Virus record (IMG/VR): IMGVR_UViG_3300044645_001661
Length of the DNA stretch: 64,000 nucleotides
Strand: one strand, 5' to 3'
Source of the DNA: a virus
Lineage: Duplodnaviria; Caudoviricetes
The position numbers were made by a program, and so were the translations under genes. Position 1 is the stretch's first letter. Every line of letters begins with the position of its first letter. A model generated the notes under the pieces. It searched no databases. It was given only the letters and a program-made list of their open reading frames with translations, and was not told where the DNA came from. Positions 47,801 to 57,306 of this stretch are shown here, one piece after another.

Positions 47801-50695
47801 TTTACTCAATTAAGGTTCTCACAACCAGTAAAAAATCTTTATCCACAATTAGATAGAGACAATATTAATTCTGATCCAGATCCAACAGTATCTTTTGCAT
47901 TACCTTCTCCATTAGGATTAGTTGAAGTTAATAATCCTCAAAATTCTATTACTAGAGAAAGTATTGTAAGAAGCATTAATGATTTTGCTGTAGGTTTTGG
48001 ATTAACAGATATTCAGTCTTCTTCTGGATTAGCACATACATTATACACTAGAATTGATCATGGATTGAATAGAATTACTAGAGTTGGTATTGTAAGTGCT
48101 GGTGAAAATTATGGATCTGGATCTGGATCTATTGAAACCCTTTATAATGCTAAATTAGTAGGATTTGCTGGATCTACAACTGGAAATTATGCCACTGCAA
48201 ATATTAAAGTTGATGCCTTAGGTAGAATAACAGATGTTAGAGTTATTGATGGTGGATCTGCTTATGGAATTGGCAATACTCTTTCTGTAGTTGGTGTAGG
48301 TACAACTTTAGGTCATATTGTTGGTGTAGTATCTGTAACTCAAATTAATAATGATATTGGTAATGTAATTTCTATAAGTGGTTTATACGATAAAGTTTTT
48401 GGGTCTTATAATAATCTTTATAGAATTACTGGAATTAATGTAGGACAGACCAATCAAATTCAAGTTGTATCTTCTTCTGAGGTAATAGCACAATATCCAT
48501 TTACTGGATCTACCCCTATTGCTGGAGTTAATACCAATGGATTGAGTAAAATTAATGCCACTCTTTTAAATACAGTTGAATCTTATGTTACTGGTAATTC
48601 TTTAGGGATTACATCATTTACATATAATAATGTAACTGGAATTGCAAGTGTTACAACACTTCAATCTCATGGATTTGTGAATGGTACTAAATTCAAAGTT
48701 GGTGGATTTAATCAAAGCGTTTATAATGGTAATTTCATTGCATCAAAAATTGTTGGATTAAATGATTTTGAATTTAATATTGGAATAGGTACGACCTCAC
48801 CAATATCTTCTGGAACTGCATACATTTATATACCAGGATTTGCCGCACAAGGTGGATTGCTGTCTGTAGATAATGAAGCAAATTCGAGTAGACTTGTTGC
48901 TCAATATGCTGGAATTACAACTACTTTAGATGTTGCATTAGTAGATCCAACAATCAATACTCTTACAGTTACAAATGCATTAGATCGTAACTGGCAAGCT
49001 GGTGATTATATTATTGTTAATACCGAAATAATGCGTATTAGTGAAACTGTTGTAATTAATACTGCAATAGATGTATTCCGTGGATTATTTGGAACTTCGA
49101 AGCAATCTCATCCAGCAGGATCTGTTGTTAAGAGAGTAAGATTTAAACCTATTGAATTTAGAAGAAACTCTATCTTACGTGCTTCTGGACATACATTCGA
49201 ATATCTTGGATATGGCCCAGGTAACTACTCCACAGCACTTCCTGAAAGACAAGATAGACAGTTTATTGATGTTGAAAGAGTCTTATCTCAATCTGTAAGT
49301 GATGACGGTGGAACTCCAATTTATAATGGATTAGATGATAATGGTAATACCTATACAGTTAATAAAGTAACAAACGCATCTACTGGTCAAGACTTATTAA
49401 CTAAAGCACCAATTCCAACTGTTAGAGGTGAAGACATTACCTCTAATACACAAGCAGTAGGTTTTGATGTAGATTCTACAGATGACCTGACAGTTGCTAG
49501 AGGATTAAAAGTTGAAGGTGGAACTGAGTCTACTATCATCTCAGAATTCAATGGACCAGTAATTTTTACTGAGAAAATAACATCAACTTCTGAAGATGGA
49601 ATTTTAGCGTCTTCTTTATTCCTCCAAGGTGAATCTACAACTTCTAGAAAATATACTGTAGGAATTGCTACTCCAGGATTATCTGGAAATGCTGGAGATA
49701 TTGTCTATAAAGCAGATCCTAATGGTGGAGTTGCTGTTGGTTGGGTTTATACATTAGAGAATTCCTGGCAAGAATTCGGTCCTATTAAATCTGTAGGAAC
49801 AGAAAGATATTGTGGTATCTTTAGTGGTGCATTTGTTGGTGATGGATCTGGTCTCGATAATGTATCTGACGTTTGGGTATTTGATGGTATTGGTATCTCT
49901 ACCACAAGAGCTGTTGGTATGGGAACAACTTCATCTGTTCCAAGTGTTGCACTATATGTTGGTGGTAATGCTATATTTGCTGGTGTTACTACAATTAGAA
50001 CAAACCAGTTAACTTTTGACGTTCCAAATGGATTCCTTGTTAATACTGGTATAACCACATTTAATCAGCAAGTTAATGTTAATACATTAAGAACAATTGG
50101 TATTTCAACATTCCAAAATGATGTTATTATTACAACAAATCCAGCAACTACTGGTGATACTGCTGGTAATTTCCTAAGATTTGTTCAATCTGATACATCA
50201 ATTACTTCTGCCTACCAGTATGGTGGAATTAATTGGGAGGGTAATGATATTGGTAATAATGGTGTAAGAGGATATATTAGAGGTGTTGCTGAAGGTAGTA
50301 CAGGACAATTTGCTATTACATTCGGAACACAACAATCTGGACCTTCTGCACCAATTGAGCAACTTAGAATTGCTTCTGATGGTAATATAACTGCTAGTGG
50401 TGAAATTACTGCACTATCTGATGAAAGATATAAAACAAACGTAAAAAATATTGATGATCCTCTTGCTAAAGTTCTACAACTTCGTGGTGTAGAATATGAT
50501 AGAATTGATAAAGAACAACATACTATTGGACTCATCGCTCAAGAAGTAGAAAAAGTCCTCCCAGAATTAGTTCATGAAAATCATGAGGGAGTAAAATCAG
50601 TTGCATATCAAAATATGGTTGCAATTCTGATTGAGGCGATTAAGGAACAACAAACACAAATTGAAGATCTGAAGAAGCGACTAGACAATCTATAA
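44867..50695 (+). CDS. Giant virion structural/tail fibre-like protein with C-terminal peptidase S74 intramolecular chaperone
   Basis: MGLSRLDNFLK...YVDP N-terminus, beta-rich body with GIG(S/T) motifs; SDERYKTNV...LRGVEY...GLIAQEVE...VAYQN coiled-coil tail; AATAAATA at 44830-44837. Confidence 0.8.
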   Translation: MGLSRLDNFLKNSRGDILYVDPSSIDSTDSIENQGNSLVRPFKTIQRALIEAARFSYQRGLDNDRFGRTTIIVYPGEHLIDNRPGWIPIHDNPVAGNNWLTRGGAVSNEFPEFNLNSNFNINDDTNDLYKMNSVYGGIIIPRGTSIVGMDLRKTKIRAKFIPNPEDSTIDRTSIFRVTGSCYFYQFTFFDADPNSVVFKDYGPTKFVPNFSHHKLTCFEYADGVNPVIIDDDYITYKTTKTDLDLYYDKIALTYGSSSGRLISPDFPNSGVDVQTKIDEYRIVGSKGQNVGITSIKAGDGVVSSTTITVDIEESIGGLDVDTPIRIEGVPTAGYNGQYVVSTSESSTRITYKTSSAPANPLPTIVSGTPTLNIVVDTVTSASPYIFNCSLRSVFGMCGLHADGNKADGFKSMVVAQFTGIGLQKDDNAFLKYNSTSGVYEDKTAVSNIHTNSSAVYKPEYENFHIKASNDAFLQLVSVFAIGYANHFLAESGGDHSITNSNSNFGAKSLVARGFKKEAFPRDDTGFITHIIPPQEIQSEDINIEYTSIDVEATVGIGSTTRLYLYNETDLANPPLSVVDGYRIGSKINDELKVLLNINGQSTTKTSKIIMPNTQGRGIYESSSYKEAIVGRTNIGINSISSNTFTLTAPHQFIQGESLRVYSSDGELPDGLNHNQVYYAITAGINSNQVKLAQTFNDTITEDAVIVNNKGGILTFESRVSDKKSGDIGHPIQFDSGNGQWYITVSGISSYNQIYSSVVGLGTTTLGRTTPRTFITRKSDTRSLTDKIYKVRYVIPKDSAVVARPPRDGFVIQESNTTIGATQEEIGKYNSVDAVILNNSSELRNYRFISNAIWDSVGIATLTTEIPHELSVGSLIQINNIKSGFNTTGIGNSGFNGEYYVTSKLSRREFTIGLTTNPGLFQSDTSTRDINLPYYKRVRFNNTFVIYKSEEIQQYVPNTKDGVYHLTIVDSSNSPSVEPFTQLRFSQPVKNLYPQLDRDNINSDPDPTVSFALPSPLGLVEVNNPQNSITRESIVRSINDFAVGFGLTDIQSSSGLAHTLYTRIDHGLNRITRVGIVSAGENYGSGSGSIETLYNAKLVGFAGSTTGNYATANIKVDALGRITDVRVIDGGSAYGIGNTLSVVGVGTTLGHIVGVVSVTQINNDIGNVISISGLYDKVFGSYNNLYRITGINVGQTNQIQVVSSSEVIAQYPFTGSTPIAGVNTNGLSKINATLLNTVESYVTGNSLGITSFTYNNVTGIASVTTLQSHGFVNGTKFKVGGFNQSVYNGNFIASKIVGLNDFEFNIGIGTTSPISSGTAYIYIPGFAAQGGLLSVDNEANSSRLVAQYAGITTTLDVALVDPTINTLTVTNALDRNWQAGDYIIVNTEIMRISETVVINTAIDVFRGLFGTSKQSHPAGSVVKRVRFKPIEFRRNSILRASGHTFEYLGYGPGNYSTALPERQDRQFIDVERVLSQSVSDDGGTPIYNGLDDNGNTYTVNKVTNASTGQDLLTKAPIPTVRGEDITSNTQAVGFDVDSTDDLTVARGLKVEGGTESTIISEFNGPVIFTEKITSTSEDGILASSLFLQGESTTSRKYTVGIATPGLSGNAGDIVYKADPNGGVAVGWVYTLENSWQEFGPIKSVGTERYCGIFSGAFVGDGSGLDNVSDVWVFDGIGISTTRAVGMGTTSSVPSVALYVGGNAIFAGVTTIRTNQLTFDVPNGFLVNTGITTFNQQVNVNTLRTIGISTFQNDVIITTNPATTGDTAGNFLRFVQSDTSITSAYQYGGINWEGNDIGNNGVRGYIRGVAEGSTGQFAITFGTQQSGPSAPIEQLRIASDGNITASGEITALSDERYKTNVKNIDDPLAKVLQLRGVEYDRIDKEQHTIGLIAQEVEKVLPELVHENHEGVKSVAYQNMVAILIEAIKEQQTQIEDLKKRLDNL

Positions 50696-50702
50696 ACTGT
50701 CA

Positions 50703-50739
50703 GGGGGGTTGACAACCCCCCTTTTTTATGGTGTATAAT
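50703..50739 (+). terminator. Intrinsic terminator overlapping a sigma70 promoter
   Basis: GGGGGGTT-GAC-AACCCCCC followed by T6; TTGACA 50709-50714 in the hairpin; TATAAT 50734-50739. Confidence 0.8.
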
Positions 50740-50750
50740 AATGGAGTAGT

Positions 50751-53700
50751 TTGATTTTATTATCTGTGTCCCTGGTCAATATCTACGTTGATAGTCTTAA
50801 AAGCGGCGTAAATTCTTTCAACGTTGGTCAGACAATTTATACTTATGATCATCGTCATCGCAATAGTGACTATGGTAAAGCAAAGCAGACGCTTGCTCAA
50901 ACAAAAGACCAGTACATTAATTACGCCTGGTGGACAAATGTATCTACTCGTGATGATGGTAAGGACGCTGGACACGATAAGATTATTCATTCTTGGTTGG
51001 ATACTCTTCCTGGGATGAAAAGGATTGGTGCAAAAAATAGTGAGACTTTTGAATTTGATCCAAAATTTTATAATCTTGAGATCATCGTTCAAATGATCTA
51101 TGAGAAATTTTTCTCTGGTAAGGAAAAAGTATATACTGAATTTAAACCTCGCCCATATCAACAGAAGTTTTTGCAAAAAATTGCTTCTGCATGGAATGTT
51201 AGTGAAGAATTTTTGTTGTTTGCCAAGTGCCGTGCAGGTAAGTCTGCTATGGTTCTCAAGCATATTGTAGATAGTAATTATAAACTTTCTCTGGTTTGTT
51301 CTCGTCAAAGGTCACCAGAAGCTTCTTGGGAAAATGATTCTAACGAATTCTTTCCTACAATTAAATACATTTCTGTTCAAGATCCTTCTTGGGAAACGTA
51401 TCTTGAATACTGGATGGAACGTGATGTAAATATTGTTCTATGGGGTACTGTACAGAGCTTTATTACACGTATTGATAGGATTCATAATATTGATTTTGTT
51501 GCTTTTGATGAAGCACATATTGGTGGTACTGCTAAACAGTTCACCACTCTTCGCAACAAAATTAAAAGTCGTATCTGCTATATTTCTGGGACTGCTCATA
51601 AACTTTGCTGGATGTTCCCTGATGAACGCCAAAAGTTTGTGTATACTTATTTTGATGAACAATTTGATGTTCAAAATGGTGTTTTTAAGCGTCCTAAAAT
51701 GAACATTGCTTTCGCAAAATACCAAACTTCTGCATATCAGGAAATTTTTGGTGATGATCCTGATGCTATGAAGAATATCTTCACAATGGAAGATGATAAG
51801 TTTTTGTATGAGATTCTTGTTCGGGAATTTATTCACAAATACTTTGGTCCCCAACGAGAGATTCGCATTGGAGATCGTCTTTTAAGGGGTACATATCACA
51901 TGATGGCACTTCCTAGTGTCAAAGCATGTCATGCATTTCAAAAGTTGGTGCATTGTTATTATCCTTCCCTAGTTGTTACTTCAGATACTAATAAAGATCA
52001 AGATGATATTAACCGATTTCTTGAAGAAAATTCAAAAGCACTTATCATTACACAATCTGCAAACGTTCTTGGTGTAACTGCCAAAAAAATTGATACCGTT
52101 ATTAATTGTAAAGGTGGTGAATCTATTGAGTTTTGGACTCAATTTGCTTTCCGTGGTGGTTCTGGTGTTCATGATTGGTGGGTGATTGATTTTGATGCTC
52201 AGAGGTGTCTCCGTGCCATTCACACAGCATTCCAACTTGCATGTGATAATAATCCTGCACTATCTCAATATAGTGTAGTTGACTTTACCAATATTCACGA
52301 ATGGAATGATGGATTTAAAGAACTCAGTAAAGAACTTTTTGAAGATGCCCTCGCCGCTGATGTTGAGGGAAGCATCTCTACCATTACCAGTATCGTAGAA
52401 TCTCTGGACCTTAGTAAGATTAGCGATTTTAATCTAAAACTCAAAACCGATCTTTCCACGGTTATGAAAGAATCACAACTTAACGATGAGGGTGCCAACA
52501 ACAAAAGTTGTATCGTTCGGGAGACTGAGCGTGTAAAAAAGTCTAATGACCTTGACACTTTGAAGAAGCAGACTGTCAAGGCACTTCTTGAGTCTATTCC
52601 TCTGACCATGTTCTACATCATTCGTAATGGTCAAAATGTATATTCAATCAATGATGTTATTGGTTCTGCAGTTTATCCTTCTGTTACTGGTGACTGTGAG
52701 GGTATTCTTGATGATGTGATTAGTAAGAACCCTCATAGCATTGAACTTTTAACTCGTCGTATTGGTATTGTTTCTAATAGTATTCAAAAGAGTATTAGGA
52801 ATTCCGTTTCTCATACTATTAATGAGTTGTCTGTGTCTTCTCAAATTCAACAGTCTATTCCTGTCGAACTTTTTGATCTTATGATTGATAACTGCAATGA
52901 TCTTTCTAACGTCTACATGTTTGGTGATCCTAGTGGATCTCACACTGCCCGTCTTTTAGAGCGACAAGTGGATCCAAATAACATTACCGTATGGGAGAGT
53001 TGCAATAGTCATCGTAATCGTGTAAAATATATCAATGATAGTATTAATATTGTTGACTCTCATCCAGATATGAAGTTTACCGCCATTTTAGCAAATCCTC
53101 CATATAACGATCCCACCAAAAAAGCAAAGAACAATAAACTTTGGCCTATTGTGGTTGAACAGCACCTTGAACTGGTTGCTCCTGGAGGAGACATTTGTGA
53201 AGTTACTCCTTCATCTGTTCTTGGAACAACAGGTAAAGGTAAAAAGTTTATGAAGTTGTTCTCTACAAAGTATAATCTAAAAATGATTGATTATACTGCA
53301 GATGATTACTTTACTGAGGGTGTTGCTATTTGTCGTTGGCATCTTACAAATGAACCTTATCAGGGTAAAACCACTGTCATTACTCATGATGGTTCCTTTA
53401 CTTGGGATTTGCGAGATGGTCTTCCTCTTGTTGGAGATTCTGCTCTTAAGCATTCTATCCTTAATAAGATTGCTAACTCTAACCATCCACGTATTCCTCT
53501 AAAGATGGGTCAAGCAATTGCTAAAGAAGATCATATTCCTGATGGCAAGTATGAGATCTACCACTCTTCTAAAAAAGTTAAACGCACCAATATTGTTCCT
53601 ACAACTGGAGATGTGCTAAAGTTTATTGTTCCATTCTCTTCTACGTATAAGAATGGTGGCATCTTTACCTCTAGCGGATTTGTGGGTATGTTTAATTGTT

Positions 53701-53921
53701 GGTGTCCAATTACTTCGGAAGAAGAAGGGGATCGTCTTAGTAAAATCTTTGACAATAAAATTATTCAGTTCTTTATTGATAATTACAAAAAGACTGCTGG
53801 ATTTACTCCCGCCATTAAAAATGGTGAAGTACCTGACATTACAGACTATGCTAATTTGTCTGATCAATTTGGTTTTACTGAAGAAGAAGTTGAGTATTTA
53901 AAGAAAAATAATGCCATCTAA
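50751..53921 (+). CDS. Multidomain nuclease-like / SF2 helicase / N6-adenine methyltransferase-like protein (start may be GTG 50766)
   Basis: NVGQT (T5orf172/GIY-YIG-like), AKCRAGKS, FDEAH, SGT, QFAFR, degenerate motif I FGDPSGS, ILANPPY, C-terminal TRD-like region. Confidence 0.75.
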   Translation: MILLSVSLVNIYVDSLKSGVNSFNVGQTIYTYDHRHRNSDYGKAKQTLAQTKDQYINYAWWTNVSTRDDGKDAGHDKIIHSWLDTLPGMKRIGAKNSETFEFDPKFYNLEIIVQMIYEKFFSGKEKVYTEFKPRPYQQKFLQKIASAWNVSEEFLLFAKCRAGKSAMVLKHIVDSNYKLSLVCSRQRSPEASWENDSNEFFPTIKYISVQDPSWETYLEYWMERDVNIVLWGTVQSFITRIDRIHNIDFVAFDEAHIGGTAKQFTTLRNKIKSRICYISGTAHKLCWMFPDERQKFVYTYFDEQFDVQNGVFKRPKMNIAFAKYQTSAYQEIFGDDPDAMKNIFTMEDDKFLYEILVREFIHKYFGPQREIRIGDRLLRGTYHMMALPSVKACHAFQKLVHCYYPSLVVTSDTNKDQDDINRFLEENSKALIITQSANVLGVTAKKIDTVINCKGGESIEFWTQFAFRGGSGVHDWWVIDFDAQRCLRAIHTAFQLACDNNPALSQYSVVDFTNIHEWNDGFKELSKELFEDALAADVEGSISTITSIVESLDLSKISDFNLKLKTDLSTVMKESQLNDEGANNKSCIVRETERVKKSNDLDTLKKQTVKALLESIPLTMFYIIRNGQNVYSINDVIGSAVYPSVTGDCEGILDDVISKNPHSIELLTRRIGIVSNSIQKSIRNSVSHTINELSVSSQIQQSIPVELFDLMIDNCNDLSNVYMFGDPSGSHTARLLERQVDPNNITVWESCNSHRNRVKYINDSINIVDSHPDMKFTAILANPPYNDPTKKAKNNKLWPIVVEQHLELVAPGGDICEVTPSSVLGTTGKGKKFMKLFSTKYNLKMIDYTADDYFTEGVAICRWHLTNEPYQGKTTVITHDGSFTWDLRDGLPLVGDSALKHSILNKIANSNHPRIPLKMGQAIAKEDHIPDGKYEIYHSSKKVKRTNIVPTTGDVLKFIVPFSSTYKNGGIFTSSGFVGMFNCWCPITSEEEGDRLSKIFDNKIIQFFIDNYKKTAGFTPAIKNGEVPDITDYANLSDQFGFTEEEVEYLKKNNAI

Positions 53922-54327
53922 AAATAAACATAACAAAAAGCATGGATCTCAACTTGAGAGATCTGATGAGAGAATCAAACAGACGCAGGAGGTATTTACT
54001 CCTCCTGCCCTAATTGATAAAATGATTTTGGATATTCCAGAAGAGGTTCTTAAAGATCCAAGTTCTAAATTTATTGATAACTGTGCTGGTGACGGTAATT
54101 TTTTAGTTCAATTACTTAAAGCACTTAGACAATATCATACTGAACAGCATATTGTAGATAATATGTTATATGCTGTGGAGTTAATGGAAGATAATCATAA
54201 AGAATTATGTAAAAGAATTGGGGTGTCCACCTCCCATCCTCACTATGTGTGCTATGATGCCCTGGAATATCATTACCGATTTGATGGTACGTTAGGACCA
54301 ATTACCTTAGACCAATTTTTGAACTGA
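53911..54327 (+). CDS. Small AdoMet-binding methyltransferase fragment (motifs X, I-III only)
   Basis: QEVFTP, FIDNCAGDGNF, YAVEL, DALEY; no NPPY/DPPY. Confidence 0.8.
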   Translation: MPSKNKHNKKHGSQLERSDERIKQTQEVFTPPALIDKMILDIPEEVLKDPSSKFIDNCAGDGNFLVQLLKALRQYHTEQHIVDNMLYAVELMEDNHKELCKRIGVSTSHPHYVCYDALEYHYRFDGTLGPITLDQFLN

Positions 54328-54388
54328 CCACTCTGCTGCCCCAGGGCGGCATATTTTGCTGTATAATAACTTTATTGAGATTGAGACC

Positions 54389-55618
54389 ATGATTCTTCGC
54401 CCCCACCAGCACGAAGCATTGCAGATCATGCTTAAGGAGCGTCTTGGCATCGTTGTATTCCCCACTGGTGGCGGCAAGAGTCTTGTTGCCATTATGGATG
54501 CCAAGCGTCAATTTGACGAGGGTAATAAAACTATTGTTGTTGTTGCTCCTCGCCTCATGCTTGCTCGGCAATTGTCTTCCGAGTTTCTTGAGCACATCAC
54601 CAATGCTTCTGTGATGCATGTTCATTCTAAAAGTGATCTTCCCTACTTTACTACTACAGATCCTAATCAGATCTATGCTTGGAATTATCATACTAATGGT
54701 AATAAATTGATTGTTACCACTTATCATTCTCTTCATCGTATTCAAGAGTCTGGTATTAAGGTTGATAGCATTTACTTTGATGAAGCACACAACTCTACTA
54801 AAAGGAATTTCTTCGATTCCACTAAGTATTTTTCTGTTAATTCTGATCGCTGTTATTTCTTTACTGCTACTCCTAAGTATTCTGCTACTTCTTCCAAACC
54901 AGGTATGAATAATAGTGATGTTTATGGTCGGGTTATTTGCAATGTTCCTGCACCTGCACTGGTCAATAATGGATCATTGATTCCTCCTAAAATTAATCCC
55001 ATTAATATCGGTAGCATTCGTCTTAAGGGCGAAGAGGCGGCAGAACGCGATTGTATGACTTTGTTGGATACTATTTGTAATGAAGACCATATGGATAAAG
55101 TTTTGATTGCTGCTCCTAACACTAAGGTTATGGTCCGTATGCTTGCTGAGACTGATTTTATGAAAGAAGTGCGGTCTATGGGGTATGATCTCCTCTGGAT
55201 TACCAGCAAACATGGTGCATTTTTGAATGATCAGAAAATCTCCCGTGAACAGTTTTTTCAATTGGTCAATCAGTTTGGTGCAGATCCTGACAAAAAATTT
55301 ATCGTCATGCATTATTCTATTTTGAGTGAAGGTATCTCTGTTCCTGGTCTTACTTCTTTGATTATGATGCGTCAAATGAATGTTATTGAGATGTGCCAAT
55401 CTGTTGGTCGTGTTTTGCGTCTTCATCTTGATGATGTCAAGCGTATTCAGAATGGTACACTTACTCCAGGCAAACTTAGCGACTACACCAAATCATTCGG
55501 TCTAGTTCATGTTCCTGTTTACAGTAATGTTGGTATTGCTACTGTTAAGCGTCTCCAAAATATCGTAGATACGGTATTTGTACAAGGTCAACCTGCAATT
55601 TCTACTATTAAGCGATGA
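54389..55618 (+). CDS. SF2 helicase (ResIII/DEAD-like)
   Basis: LRPHQ, FPTGGGKS, FDEAH, TATP, LSEGISVPGL, QSVGRVLR; TGTATAAT at 54360-54367. Confidence 0.88.
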   Translation: MILRPHQHEALQIMLKERLGIVVFPTGGGKSLVAIMDAKRQFDEGNKTIVVVAPRLMLARQLSSEFLEHITNASVMHVHSKSDLPYFTTTDPNQIYAWNYHTNGNKLIVTTYHSLHRIQESGIKVDSIYFDEAHNSTKRNFFDSTKYFSVNSDRCYFFTATPKYSATSSKPGMNNSDVYGRVICNVPAPALVNNGSLIPPKINPINIGSIRLKGEEAAERDCMTLLDTICNEDHMDKVLIAAPNTKVMVRMLAETDFMKEVRSMGYDLLWITSKHGAFLNDQKISREQFFQLVNQFGADPDKKFIVMHYSILSEGISVPGLTSLIMMRQMNVIEMCQSVGRVLRLHLDDVKRIQNGTLTPGKLSDYTKSFGLVHVPVYSNVGIATVKRLQNIVDTVFVQGQPAISTIKR

Positions 55619-55788
55619 AAGAAGGATTTATTACTAAAGATGGTTATGCCGCCGTTCCATTTGGAAATCAACTTATGGTCATTTATGATGGACAGCAGTT
55701 AAAGGTCTGTAGGACCGAACGTTCTGCCCGCAATTTTATCAAACAACATTCGTCTCAACCCAAATCTGGAACTGTTTTTATTAATTAA
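55615..55788 (+). CDS. 57-aa hypothetical protein (MKEGFITKDGYAAVPFG...)
   Basis: Manual translation; ATGA coupling. Confidence 0.55.
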   Translation: MKEGFITKDGYAAVPFGNQLMVIYDGQQLKVCRTERSARNFIKQHSSQPKSGTVFIN

Positions 55789-55791
55789 ATT

Positions 55792-55986
55792 ATGAAATCT
55801 AAATTCATCTACGTCTCTCCTATCACCAAAAAAGCAAAGTACAACTTTTCTTCCATAATGAATTCCCTTCATTCTTGTAGGGTTAAAGATGAAAAGGATG
55901 ATATGATTTATTTGGAATCTCTTAATAAGATGTATTATTTTTGGGTCAACAAAAAGAAAGATCCTAATTGGAAAATTGAAAAATAA
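55792..55986 (+). CDS. Hypothetical protein
   Basis: 64-aa ORF in a co-directional run. Confidence 0.55.
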   Translation: MKSKFIYVSPITKKAKYNFSSIMNSLHSCRVKDEKDDMIYLESLNKMYYFWVNKKKDPNWKIEK

Positions 55987-56467
55987 TATGTGGCAGATAA
56001 AACATCTTGAATATGATTATGCAGATTATTTTGACAAATGGATATCATATTTTAAATATAAATCTGATTTACTTCAAGATACTACAAACAACTGCCTATC
56101 TAAAAATTGCTTTGCAACAAAAAATCTGCTAAAATTTGTAGGTGATGTTGAATTTTTAGATATTATTGAAGAATTAAAATCTACTTGTGAGGAATATGTA
56201 AATAAAAAACTAAAATACTTTTATTTGCATATGATTGATTATGAAAATGGTGGTGAAATGGCACCACATAAACACGATCATAATGAAGACTATAGTTTTA
56301 TTCTTTATCTTAATTCTTGTAATGATGGAGATACCGTTCTCCATCTTGATTCTGAAATAAAAATAAAACCAGTTAAAAATAAAATGGTATTATTTTCTTC
56401 GGATATTGTTCATTCTGCTATTTTTTCCAATCAAAAAAGAATTCTTGTTGGGGGACTAAAACTATGA
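55976..56467 (+). CDS. 2OG-Fe(II) oxygenase-like protein
   Basis: HKHDH, FILYLN...GDT, HSA, KRILVG. Confidence 0.7.
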   Translation: MKNNMWQIKHLEYDYADYFDKWISYFKYKSDLLQDTTNNCLSKNCFATKNLLKFVGDVEFLDIIEELKSTCEEYVNKKLKYFYLHMIDYENGGEMAPHKHDHNEDYSFILYLNSCNDGDTVLHLDSEIKIKPVKNKMVLFSSDIVHSAIFSNQKRILVGGLKL

Positions 56468-57018
56468 AATCTTATGAGATTACTCATTTTTCTTATCGGC
56501 ACTGGCCTTCATACCATGATGAGGGATGTTATAAATTAAATCTTGTCTTTCGTGCTTGGGAGGTTGAAGAATATTCATACATAAAGCAAAGATTTATGGA
56601 TGAATGTAATGAATGGAAAAAAACAGAAATAGTTACTGATCTTGATCTCTATGAAAAATATAGAGATGGCATAAGAATGCTAGATGCAGATACTGGTAGA
56701 GAACTTCTTAGTGAAAAAAGGACTGAAGAAGAAAAGGCACTAGACGACAGGAAATATATTCCAATTCAATTTGTAAATGATAATAACTTGGAGAGAGAAG
56801 AGGTATATACCAAGGGATATGAGGAGAATTGGAATAGTATGTTTAAATATATTGAAAAATTTGATTGTTTTCAATTTTATGAATATTTTAAAATCAATTC
56901 AGTCACAAAAGGTATAATTCAATACATAGAAGAACTTAAAAAGGTAGAAAATCCTGATACATATTACGCAGAGCAATTGTATCATGCTATTAAATGTTTA
57001 GAACATTGGTGGGACTGA
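56464..57018 (+). CDS. Hypothetical protein
   Basis: 184-aa ORF, ATGA-coupled. Confidence 0.55.
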   Translation: MKSYEITHFSYRHWPSYHDEGCYKLNLVFRAWEVEEYSYIKQRFMDECNEWKKTEIVTDLDLYEKYRDGIRMLDADTGRELLSEKRTEEEKALDDRKYIPIQFVNDNNLEREEVYTKGYEENWNSMFKYIEKFDCFQFYEYFKINSVTKGIIQYIEELKKVENPDTYYAEQLYHAIKCLEHWWD

Positions 57019-57050
57019 ATCAAGATATATAATAAAGTTGTTATTTTATA

Positions 57051-57296
57051 ATGTTAACTCAATTACAATTAATCTTTCTTACTATATTTGCATTTGTTAC
57101 TTATGCTATGGTAACAGATCCAAATGTGGTAAGATTTTTTGATTTATGTATTAAATTATTAAAAATAAACACAGAAAGATTTTTTTGGATGATAAGATTT
57201 CATCCTTTAGTTACGACCAATCCTGTAAGTCAATGGTTGATGATGCGTAAATATATGAAACAAGCAGAAAAACTACAAAAAGAATTAAATGAGTGA
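57051..57296 (+). CDS. Small membrane-associated hypothetical protein
   Basis: N-terminal hydrophobic segment. Confidence 0.55.
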   Translation: MLTQLQLIFLTIFAFVTYAMVTDPNVVRFFDLCIKLLKINTERFFWMIRFHPLVTTNPVSQWLMMRKYMKQAEKLQKELNE

Positions 57297-57306
57297 GAGT
57301 TATTAA

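Noticed and set aside
44867-50695. Repeated GIG(S/T)T and G.GY motifs as a novel repeat system
   Set aside because: Protein-level motifs common to cyanophage tail and fibre proteins, with no exact DNA repeats suggesting recombination cassettes or DGR target/template pairs.
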